A DNA stretch of 64,000 nt from Candidatus Pacearchaeota archaeon (GTDB lineage: Archaea > Nanobdellota > Nanobdellia > Pacearchaeales > GW2011-AR1): NCBI GenBank assembly GCA_019659125.1, contig JAIFVX010000001.1, positions 118,097 to 182,096 on the forward strand, in the 5' to 3' direction. This document shows, piece after piece, positions 26,002-34,300 of this stretch (position 1 is its first letter; every line of letters starts with the position of its first letter). The position numbers and the translations under genes are program-made. Below the pieces are notes generated by a model. That model made no database searches and was not told the origin of the DNA. It worked only from the letters and a program-made list of their open reading frames with translations.

Positions 26002-26110
26002 GAAAGACCTCTTAAAACCATGAATGATTTATGCCAGCAACAACAAAAAAGACTTTAAATTACTTTCCCCTGACCTTTTTCACTACGGAATCCTCACAAA
26101 AACAGGAACA

Positions 26111-26118
26111 TTTAAAAG
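26111..26118 (+). promoter_or_regulatory. TATA box (TTTAAAAG) for tRNA-Glu
   Basis: 23 nt separate the box from the tRNA 5' end at 26142. Confidence 0.6.
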
Positions 26119-26141
26119 TGATTTTTTCTCCTTCATGCTAT

Positions 26142-26214
26142 GCCTCTGTAGTCTAGTGGTCAAGGACACTGCCCTTTCGCGGCGGAAACCCGGGTTCAAA
26201 TCCCGGCAGGGGCA
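26142..26214 (+). tRNA. tRNA-Glu (UUC)
   Basis: Acceptor GCCTCTG/CAGGGGC, D arm GTCT..GGAC, anticodon stem CTGCC/GGCGG with loop CTTTCGC, T arm CCGGG-TTCAAAT-CCCGG, discriminator A. Confidence 0.9.
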
Positions 26215-26245
26215 CTGAACGCTTTTGTTCACATTTTAGAGGCAT

Positions 26246-26860
26246 TCACGTTTGCTCGGGCGCGTGGTTTTCCCAGGAAATAACTTCCCAAGGTCGTGCT
26301 GCACAGGCACAGGAATAAGTTCTTTTCACCTTAACGTGTCCATTGAGTCCATGAGATACAATTTCACCATCACCTTGCTCCACAACTCTAAAATACTTTC
26401 CGCAGTTGTTGCAGCGGATCTTCCTATTAACTACAATGAATAGACAACTAATAAGCATGACTACACCTGCCGCGAATAAAATCCCGACGAATCCATAATA
26501 TGGATTAAGTAATGTAAGTGGGTTGTCCATCGTGGAATGAATAGTTGATTTGATCCCCATGTACTCTTCATAACCTCCATAACCTGCAAAGATTGTTCCT
26601 ATGACTCCTAGAAACCATAAGCTCGCCTTTAAACCTATTTTTTCTATAAGCTTTGAAAGCACTACAGTCCACGGATTCTCTTGCCTTTCGGGAACGTGAC
26701 GAGGAATTGCCTGATATTGTGTAGAGCCGTCACCCAGATTAATTTGATATTTGTTTCCTTGTCCACCAAAATGATTGCTCCTGATTGCCCGGCTATTGTT
26801 AGAGGTACCATGACTTGAATTCTGTTGTCTCTTAGTGTTATTGCTATTTTCCTTCATCAT
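26246..26860 (-). CDS. hypothetical membrane protein with C-terminal Cys cluster
   Basis: 204 aa. Low-complexity N/Q/S-rich N-terminus, two TM helices, then C-x2-C...C-x-C (RCNNCGKYF...YSCACA). Overlaps the upstream gene by 17 nt. Confidence 0.5.
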   Translation of the reverse strand: MMKENSNNTKRQQNSSHGTSNNSRAIRSNHFGGQGNKYQINLGDGSTQYQAIPRHVPERQENPWTVVLSKLIEKIGLKASLWFLGVIGTIFAGYGGYEEYMGIKSTIHSTMDNPLTLLNPYYGFVGILFAAGVVMLISCLFIVVNRKIRCNNCGKYFRVVEQGDGEIVSHGLNGHVKVKRTYSCACAARPWEVISWENHAPEQT

Positions 26861-27389
26861 TTTTTCTGTTGCTTAGCTTCTCCAAGAAATTCCTCAATAT
26901 CTGTAGTTCCTGCAGCCTCTCTTGGTTTCTTTTAGCTTCTTCATAAATAGTATTGACAAGAGCGGCAATTATTTGCTCTGCTTTGAATATAGTAGTTATG
27001 GGCCAATCTGCTTCTAGTTTCCATCTACTGACGAGGTGGTCAAATTCTTCAACGTAATGCTCTATTGTTCCTGCAGCAGTAAGATAATAAGAATGAGTCA
27101 ACTCTTGCACGCCAACCTTCCCTGTAGACTCGACTAATTCATCCCATACTATTTCCTCACCAATTTTTAAATGATATGGGACGTTCCATTTATTTATTAA
27201 AACAATTATGTGTTTGAACACTTCTCGATACTCGTTTCTTAATTCGTCCGTGGGAACTATCCTATTCTCATCGATTACAATTTCTGTTTTCAGAACATTC
27301 TCGGTCAGAGCCGAGATGTTAATGCCGAGTGCCTTTGCTTTGTCTATCACGTCCTTGTCAATTCTTAACATTAAGTTCTTTTTTTCCAT
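26844..27389 (-). CDS. ribbon-helix-helix (CcdA/VapB-like) domain protein with ~140-aa C-terminal extension
   Basis: Start placed at the internal MEKKNLMLRIDKDVIDKAKALGINISALTENVLK (RHH antitoxin-like). TTTATAAA lies 22 nt upstream, at 27412-27419. Confidence 0.5.
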   Translation of the reverse strand: MEKKNLMLRIDKDVIDKAKALGINISALTENVLKTEIVIDENRIVPTDELRNEYREVFKHIIVLINKWNVPYHLKIGEEIVWDELVESTGKVGVQELTHSYYLTAAGTIEHYVEEFDHLVSRWKLEADWPITTIFKAEQIIAALVNTIYEEAKRNQERLQELQILRNFLEKLSNRKNDEGK

Positions 27390-27411
27390 ACCTATGTAGA
27401 AAACAGAAGTA

Positions 27412-27419
27412 TTTATAAA
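27412..27419 (-). promoter_or_regulatory. TATA box for the RHH-domain gene
   Basis: Plus-strand tttataaa, with 22 nt to the ATG at 27389. Confidence 0.5.
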
Positions 27420-27563
27420 TGTTTTGTTGTGATACATATGTAAGGTCTGGGACTCTAAAGAGTTGGTTAGACTATGCTTGTGCCTAAAAATAGATTTAAA
27501 GGTAAGAGTCTATGCCCCTAATTTCCCAATAATGTTTAAAAAGCCAAAGTAAATGGAGCTTTC

Positions 27564-28199
27564 ATGTTAGAAGGACTTTCCATACCCCTGAAAAGAGGAT
27601 TCTATCTAGATGAGTTTGTGAGACAAGAAGCTCCATTCAACGAGCTCACAATTGACTTCATAGGGGAGAACCCTGAAGATGCACTGTTTGCACGAACAAG
27701 AATTTCACCCATGTACAAAAACAGCAAGGGAATGTATGGATATTTGGAGTCATCCAGACACAAAGACAAAACAGATACGTATTTTGATATTCTTGGAATA
27801 ATAGAAGTGCCTAAAAAGGTATTAATAAATCTTGCAGAAAAAGATAAGAAACTTCCCCACACGTTTGCAAGAGATTTTGGCATTGACATGAATACTCCTG
27901 ATTGTGTAGAAATTGCTCCGTTTCATGGAATTAATCTCCCAAATGATACTTATTTTGTTTGCTATCATCCTAGAGCCTCCAGAATGCCTACTGAACCTGC
28001 TAAATTCAAAGACACCTATATGGTAAGTCATATTATTCTAGCAGGCTATCTTTCAAAAATGGATCAATGGGTAAATCATGCAGAAGCAGGAAATACAGGC
28101 AAATCTAAACTCTTTTATCAAGGAATGGCGAGAAATGTAGGATATGCCCCACGTAGATTAGAAAACCACTCCTCTTCAAACCCTCAGATACAAAAATAA
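27564..28199 (+). CDS. hypothetical protein
   Basis: 211-aa ORF with no recognisable motif. Confidence 0.4.
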   Translation: MLEGLSIPLKRGFYLDEFVRQEAPFNELTIDFIGENPEDALFARTRISPMYKNSKGMYGYLESSRHKDKTDTYFDILGIIEVPKKVLINLAEKDKKLPHTFARDFGIDMNTPDCVEIAPFHGINLPNDTYFVCYHPRASRMPTEPAKFKDTYMVSHIILAGYLSKMDQWVNHAEAGNTGKSKLFYQGMARNVGYAPRRLENHSSSNPQIQK

Positions 28200-28230
28200 G
28201 ATTTATAATACTAGAATCACACCATAAGGA

Positions 28231-29865
28231 ATGAGAAAAGGGGCTGTGTTGGTGATAGGATTGATGATAGTAGGGGTCTTGTTGTTCTTTAAGCCACACA
28301 TAACGGGAAGTGTTATTCTAAGTCCTACTGTGCCGACCGATTGCTCTCTAGCAAACATACAAACAGTGTGGGATACACTGTTCAAAGAATCAAGTTCGGG
28401 AATTGTTGCATTTAATGCAAGTATTGTAAGTGGAAAATGTTCTGATTACATGGCATACAAGATTGTAGGTGAAAAGACCTATGTTCTCCTTGGCTCTGAG
28501 CCTGCAGGAACTCCAAGAATCCTCTATGGATTCTACGGCGATGCAATGGCAAATTATACTGACATTCTTAAAAATGTTACCAGCATCAGCAACAAATCAT
28601 TAGTATGGGGAATGAGTCTTGATGGGATGATGAAAAGAAGGAGTGCTGCTATAACATCAACTGACGCAGACACGGAATTCAATGTAGTCTACAAGCAAAC
28701 TCCTGGAAGCTGGTCTCTCTATCAAGGGTCTACCACACTTGCTTATATCTTCAAGTATAATGAAATCTCATCTACGAAAAATCAAACAGTTTCAGCATCT
28801 GTTGACGCTAATTATACCTATCACACCCTATCAATTACTGAAGAATCTCTTTGTACTCCTTCATGGGTACAATTGAATACCTCGTGCAGGAGCGATGAGA
28901 CTCTCATTGCATGGTATAATGATACAAGCTCATGTAGCATGCAAACAGGAAAACCTGCAAATGTGACTCTTGATTGCGACTATAACAATGACAGCATGAT
29001 AGGAAACACAACAGCAATCCAAGGGAATGTGAATCTAAGCATGTATGTAAATGGTGCTCTGTTCTCATTCTCGTCATCACAGCAAGGAACTAAATTAATA
29101 GAGCTCAGAGATGGATTAATCCCACGAGTATTGTGGAACTACAGTTTTTCCACGCCATTGAATCTTCGTTCAGTCACTATCAAAAAGCAGACATCAGGGG
29201 CACGAGGATATGTTATTGTTAATGGCATAAGCGCACAGAAGATTATAGTAGTTGACAAGCTCAATGCATCAAGCCAAAACGTTTGTATAAAAAACAAAGA
29301 AATCAGCAACATTTCTGAAGTATCATCGGACTGCAGCAAAAGCGATGAGACAAAAGTAAGCTGTCCAGGAACTTCTTCACCTTATTCATGCACAATCATT
29401 AATGGTACATTTGTCGTGTCTGGACTTTCAAACTCAGCCGTTGAGGAATACTTTGATTCCCAGATTCCTGTTGGCTGTAGAGTCAACTGGACGTGTTCTC
29501 CCTGGGCGCCATGCATTGATGGCACACAGAAACGAGCGTGCGTTGACAAATCTAGTTGCGGAACAAATATCTCCAGACCAGCCGAGCAGCAAGCATGCAG
29601 TGCAGCCTGCGTTCCCGAATATACAAACTGCGAGCAATGGCCCGATATATGTCCTGCAAGCGGAAAGAAAACACGACTCTGTATCGATGCGAAGAATTGC
29701 GGTGGGCCTTCTAAGGAAGAGACCCAGGATTGCCAATACAAAAACGTCAAAAGAACACAGATCATCATTTCAATATTAGTCGGTGCAGCGGCGATCACAG
29801 GAGGACTGGTGATCTATCTCATGACTCGAAAAGGAGTCGAAACACAACAGACGATTCAATACTAA
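28231..29865 (+). CDS. sequon-rich surface protein with Cys-rich TSP1-like repeats and C-terminal TM
   Basis: N-terminal TM/signal, many N-x-S/T sequons, C-terminal repeats CRVNWTCSPWAPCIDGTQKRACVDKSSCG and CVPEYTNCEQWPDICPASGKKTRLCIDAKNCG, then TM IISILVGAAAITGGLVIYL. Confidence 0.6.
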   Translation: MRKGAVLVIGLMIVGVLLFFKPHITGSVILSPTVPTDCSLANIQTVWDTLFKESSSGIVAFNASIVSGKCSDYMAYKIVGEKTYVLLGSEPAGTPRILYGFYGDAMANYTDILKNVTSISNKSLVWGMSLDGMMKRRSAAITSTDADTEFNVVYKQTPGSWSLYQGSTTLAYIFKYNEISSTKNQTVSASVDANYTYHTLSITEESLCTPSWVQLNTSCRSDETLIAWYNDTSSCSMQTGKPANVTLDCDYNNDSMIGNTTAIQGNVNLSMYVNGALFSFSSSQQGTKLIELRDGLIPRVLWNYSFSTPLNLRSVTIKKQTSGARGYVIVNGISAQKIIVVDKLNASSQNVCIKNKEISNISEVSSDCSKSDETKVSCPGTSSPYSCTIINGTFVVSGLSNSAVEEYFDSQIPVGCRVNWTCSPWAPCIDGTQKRACVDKSSCGTNISRPAEQQACSAACVPEYTNCEQWPDICPASGKKTRLCIDAKNCGGPSKEETQDCQYKNVKRTQIIISILVGAAAITGGLVIYLMTRKGVETQQTIQY

Positions 29866-30470
29866 CGAAGATAATGGTTTTCCCACGAACGCATGAGTCC
29901 ATCATCAAGATGCAATGATTGCCTTCGTGTTCTCGTTCCTTTCTTCTTCCATAAAAATCCAAAGATAATTCCTACAATAACGCCTGAAAGATGAGCAATA
30001 TGGCCAATTCCACTAGGGACAAACACTCCAATCGCATCTCCTATTACCCAGATAGCAGCTGCAACAATTAAGGGCATAGGCAATCCAAATGCCCAGACCA
30101 CTAAAAATGGTCGCATTACTGCCAGCGTTCCAATGACTCCAAAGATAGCTCCTGAAGCTCCGAGTGAAGAAGGATATGCATAGAGTGCAATGAAATTCGC
30201 CAGTATTCCCGAAACAAAGAAAATAATAAGAAACCTCTTTCCTCCAACTACTCCTTCTAAGAGGCTTCCAAAAAGAGCAAGAGCAAAGAGATTTGCAATC
30301 AAGTGTGCAGTTCCTGCATGAAGAAATATGGCAGTCAAGAGGCGCCATACCTGATGATATGCGTTCGCATCTAGGATAAAAAGATCAGTAAATCCAGGAA
30401 TAAAGAGCTGCAAGAAAAAAACTCCTATACATATAAGGCACAACCAGAGAGCGTAAAATTTGAACGCCAT
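29862..30470 (-). CDS. rhomboid-family intramembrane serine protease
   Basis: Six predicted TMs, catalytic GASGAIFG (GxSG), H..N-type LHAGTAHLIANL and AHLSG. Confidence 0.85.
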   Translation of the reverse strand: MAFKFYALWLCLICIGVFFLQLFIPGFTDLFILDANAYHQVWRLLTAIFLHAGTAHLIANLFALALFGSLLEGVVGGKRFLIIFFVSGILANFIALYAYPSSLGASGAIFGVIGTLAVMRPFLVVWAFGLPMPLIVAAAIWVIGDAIGVFVPSGIGHIAHLSGVIVGIIFGFLWKKKGTRTRRQSLHLDDGLMRSWENHYLR

Positions 30471-30492
30471 AGGATTTGCAAATTAAGAAACC

Positions 30493-30500
30493 TTTTATAC
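30493..30500 (+). promoter_or_regulatory. TATA box (TTTTATAC) for tRNA-His
   Basis: 22 nt separate the box from G-1 at 30523. Confidence 0.55.
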
Positions 30501-30522
30501 CCTTGTTTTGTCCTGTAGGTAT

Positions 30523-30594
30523 GGCGGTTGTAGTTTAACGGTAGAATGTCAGCTTGTGGCGCTGAAGACGAGGGTTCAACTCCCTCCTTCCGCT
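30523..30594 (+). tRNA. tRNA-His (GUG) with encoded G-1
   Basis: G-1 plus acceptor GCGGTTG/CTTCCGC, D arm GTTT-AACGGTA-GAAT, anticodon stem TCAGC/GCTGA with loop TTGTGGC, T arm GAGGG-TTCAACT-CCCTC. The acceptor stem has two adjacent U-U oppositions. Confidence 0.8.
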
Positions 30595-30652
30595 TTTCTA
30601 ACATAGAGATTAATGCAATAGTATTTAAAAGAGGAGAATAGTATGAAAAAAT

Positions 30653-31054
30653 ATGAAATATTATCCACTTCCTGTTGTTAGAGTGATTCTTACAAACGAG
30701 AGAGATGAAATACTCTTCCTCAAAAGAGCTAATGAGAAATACGAGCCGGGCAAGTGGTGCCTTCCGGGAGGAAAAGTAGAATATGGGCAAACGCTGGAAG
30801 ATGCTTGTAAAGATGAAGTAAAACAAGAAACCGACCTTGATATATCAAATCTAGAACGTTTATTCTATAAAGAAGACTTACCAAGCAAGAAATACAAGCT
30901 GCATTGCATAGATTTCTACTATGCGGCACAGTACAAAGGTGAAGTAAAGATCAATGATGAATCCTCAGAATATGCATGGGTTCATCCAGCCAAATTTAAG
31001 GACATTGAGATTGCCTTCAATCAGCGAGAAGCATTAGAAAAGATTGTAAAATAA
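30653..31054 (+). CDS. Nudix hydrolase
   Basis: Nudix box GGKVEYGQTLEDACKDEVKQETDL. TATTTAAAA lies ~22 nt upstream (30622-30630). Confidence 0.8.
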   Translation: MKYYPLPVVRVILTNERDEILFLKRANEKYEPGKWCLPGGKVEYGQTLEDACKDEVKQETDLDISNLERLFYKEDLPSKKYKLHCIDFYYAAQYKGEVKINDESSEYAWVHPAKFKDIEIAFNQREALEKIVK

Positions 31055-31348
31055 TTACTGTTCTCGAACGATAGTTCTCTTAACAGTCCTGTGACGTACA
31101 GTAGGTCTATCGTGTTCATGCACAACGTGCTCGGTAACATGGACCTCGTCAGGGAGTGCTGCTCCAATGATAAGGAGTATGGCTCCGACCACGACAAGCG
31201 GGACGCTATAACCTCGATAAGGATAACTGACGCCACTCTCCCGATATGCTCCGAAAAAATAGGTTCGGTCACTGCTTATCCCATAAAAGTATGTTAAAAG
31301 GCCAAGCAAAACGAGAAGTACGCCGGCCACTAGAAATGCGGCTTTCAT
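31055..31348 (-). CDS. small two-TM membrane protein
   Basis: Start placed at the internal MKAAFLVAGVLLVLLGLL, so it no longer overlaps the 3' end of the giant gene. His/Arg-rich tail. Confidence 0.45.
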   Translation of the reverse strand: MKAAFLVAGVLLVLLGLLTYFYGISSDRTYFFGAYRESGVSYPYRGYSVPLVVVGAILLIIGAALPDEVHVTEHVVHEHDRPTVRHRTVKRTIVREQ

Positions 31349-31355
31349 ACACTCT

Positions 31356-34300
31356 CTAATCCCTTTTAATATAAAAGTCTTTCGGTCTGTAAAGGATATG
31401 ATGCTTAATATATCGACCATGCATCCACGCCCTTCTTTCATAAAACAATCGCACGCTGGTAAGTATCATCAATGCAATGACAACAAATGATGTCCAGACA
31501 AGAATAGAATGTTCTGATATGTCTGGAATAAGCCGAGGATGAGAGACTGAGATATTGATAGTTGGCTCAACTTCAGGCTCTGGAGCAGCTTCATGAGGAA
31601 TAAGGTCATGAGGGATCTCTTGGACCTTGATGACTGCCCTTGAAGCAATAATATCCAACACTTCGACCATAATATCATAATAATCTGGAGATGTAAAATT
31701 AAGCTTTACCCTATCTCCCTCATGAAGAATGAGATTGATAGGAGAACTGAATATGGTTACATTCACCGTGCTTTCCTTGATATCATTAACAATGACTGTG
31801 TGATTCACCAATCCTCGTGAGAAGTTTATCCTGTCATTAATTCGCAACGATTGATTGTATCCATCACTAAGATCGCTCGTGTTAGCTATATATGTAACAG
31901 GGGAACTCACAGCTGCTCCAGCGCCAGCTCCCGATCCGCTACCTGATGAGCCTGAAGATCCGGAGCCAGATGATGATGCTGTGATGTTAAAGACTCGTGT
32001 TGCACTGATATTTGAATTTAATACGCTGTCAAGGCAACTGATGTTCCAGGTATAAAACCCGACACCCAATGAATCTGTAAAGGTGTTGGTTGCACTCGTG
32101 CTTATACTACTTGATGAATCAATGACTGTTGAATTTACTGTCAAACTGCAATTCTGGATAATAATATCTGATACGGTATATTGGAATGAAATAGCTTGTC
32201 CTCCCGAATAATTCTTGCCATTATCAGGAGCTGTAAGGTTAATGAGAGGAGCAGCTGTATCAATGATAAATGTCCTTGTGTTTGTACTATTGACATTCCC
32301 AACTGTATCCACAATAGTAGCATTGAAGTAATAGATTCCATCAGCGGCAACACTAATGTTGACGAAGTTTGGAGATAATGTTTTCAGAGTCCTATTCACT
32401 AAGCTCGTCGTGTTAAACAGACTAATAGTAATGTTGGCAAGGTTCGTGTCATTTCCTGTGACATTTATGAGAATAAATCTCCTGGTAGAAGAACTCCCAT
32501 TTGTGTCTGTGGGAGAGACGTATTCTATTCCAGGAGTGAGAGAATCGACAAAGAATGTCGTTTGAGTAGTATCATTTCGGTTTCCAACAGAATCATTTAC
32601 CCATACTTTGAAGGTAAAGCTTCCTTGACCTATGCTAGAGTTGCTTGCATTGAAGTGCAAGCCATCTGAAGAGCTCATTGAATAATTCGTAAGCCCTGCG
32701 TTAAGAGTATAGAGGACTGTTCCGTTTTCGTTGAGAGTTACATTGAACGTGAATGAAGAGCTCGTATAGGTTGTATTCTGAGGTACATCAATTGTCACAG
32801 CAGGTACAGTTGTATCAATGGAGAAGACAACTGAAGTTGTGTCATTCCTGTTTCCTGCCGAGTCATTCGCATAGACCTTAAATGTGTAACTTCCATCACG
32901 AATGCTTGAGTTTGTATAATTAAAGCTCTGATTGTTGGTGCTTCCCATGGTGTAATTCGTTGCTCCCCCGTTAAGGCTGAAGAGAACCGTCCCCTGTTCA
33001 TTCAAACTAACATTAAAGTTGAAGGATGCATTGTTGTAGGTAATGTTGGCAGGAATGTTGATCGTAACACCTGGAATAACTGAATCAAGGGTGATCGTAT
33101 AGTTCGAGCTATTGTAAGCCCTATTGCTTGAGCTGTCGACAATCTGATAATTCCAGAACCATCGGCCTTGGGCAGACAAGATAAGAGAAAGGTTAGAACT
33201 GTTTGAGGTTCCTGTTACGGTAGTAATGTTCGTGGAAATAAGACTCCCCGTACTGTTGTAGAGCACCAGCGTTGCATTGGCAAGTTGACTATTGTCAGTA
33301 AAGTTGGCGGCGAAGAAGACAGTGCTGCTAGTAACAATTGTGTTGTTAGGAGGTGCAAGCAAATTAGCGACCGGAGCTGTGGTGTCAGCAGCAGCAAATA
33401 TCAATGTAAAGTTAGTTGCATTGAACGCTCCATTACTTGAATTATCAAATACTTTGTAGTTCCAGAAATAAGTGTCAAATCGTGGTAATACGAATGTTAT
33501 GTTTGTTGCATTGTTTGTCCCGTTAATTCCACGGAACGTCGTATTGACCAGAGAGGTGGCATTCCATATAAAGAACGTTGCATTGCTCAATTGATAGTCA
33601 TCGCTAAAGCTGGCATTGAATGATGTACTATTAGTCGTCACTGTAGTTCCATTAGACGGGGCATTGAGATTGACTGATGGAGCAGTTATATCTGCTACTG
33701 AAAAGATAACGGTGAAATTACTACTGTTGAATGCCCCGTTACTTGAGTTATCATACACTTGATAGTTCCAATAGTATGTATCTATTCTCGGTAAGACAAA
33801 CGTAATATTACTAGCATTTGATGTGCCATTGATTCCTCTGAATGTGGTGTTAACAAGTGTTGTTGCGTTCCAGATATAGAATGTGGCGTTCCTTAACTGG
33901 TAATCATCAGTAAACGTTGCATTAAACGAAGTAGCATTAGTCAATACAGTAGATCCGTTTGCAGGAGCGTTAAGATTAACACTCGGAACACTAGTGTCGC
34001 TAACAGCAAATATTAACGTAAAGTTGGTTCTATTAAATGCACTATTACTTGAGTTATCATAAGCAAGATAATTCCAGTAATAGATATCGGTTCGTGGCAG
34101 CACAAAGGTGATATTGCTTGCGTTACTTGTGCCGTTAAACCCTCGGAATGTTGTATTAACTAATGATGTCGAGTTCCAAATGTAGAAGGTTGCATTCCGT
34201 AATTGATAGTCATCACTAAAGGTAGCATTAAATGAAGTACTATTGCTGCTCACGGTAGATCCGTTTGCAGGAGCATTTAAGTTGACGACAGGAACAGTTG

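Noticed and set aside
26024-26218. 64-aa plus-strand ORF ending ...RRKPGFKSRQGH.
   Set aside because: Its 3' half is simply the translation of tRNA-Glu (26142-26214). The same applies to 30425-30826 (minus strand), which reads through tRNA-His.
26215-28199. Possible integrated mobile element next to tRNA-Glu, and likewise next to the tRNA at 19853-19975.
   Set aside because: No integrase, transposase or capsid-like gene is present, and I could not find a second copy of the tRNA 3' end that would mark an att site. I kept only a low-interest note on the gene pair and the accessory block.
31349-31441. N-terminal extension of track ORF 31055-31441, which overlaps the end of the giant gene.
   Set aside because: The internal Met (MKAAFLVAG...) starts directly with a TM helix and removes the 86-nt overlap. 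The extension has no features.
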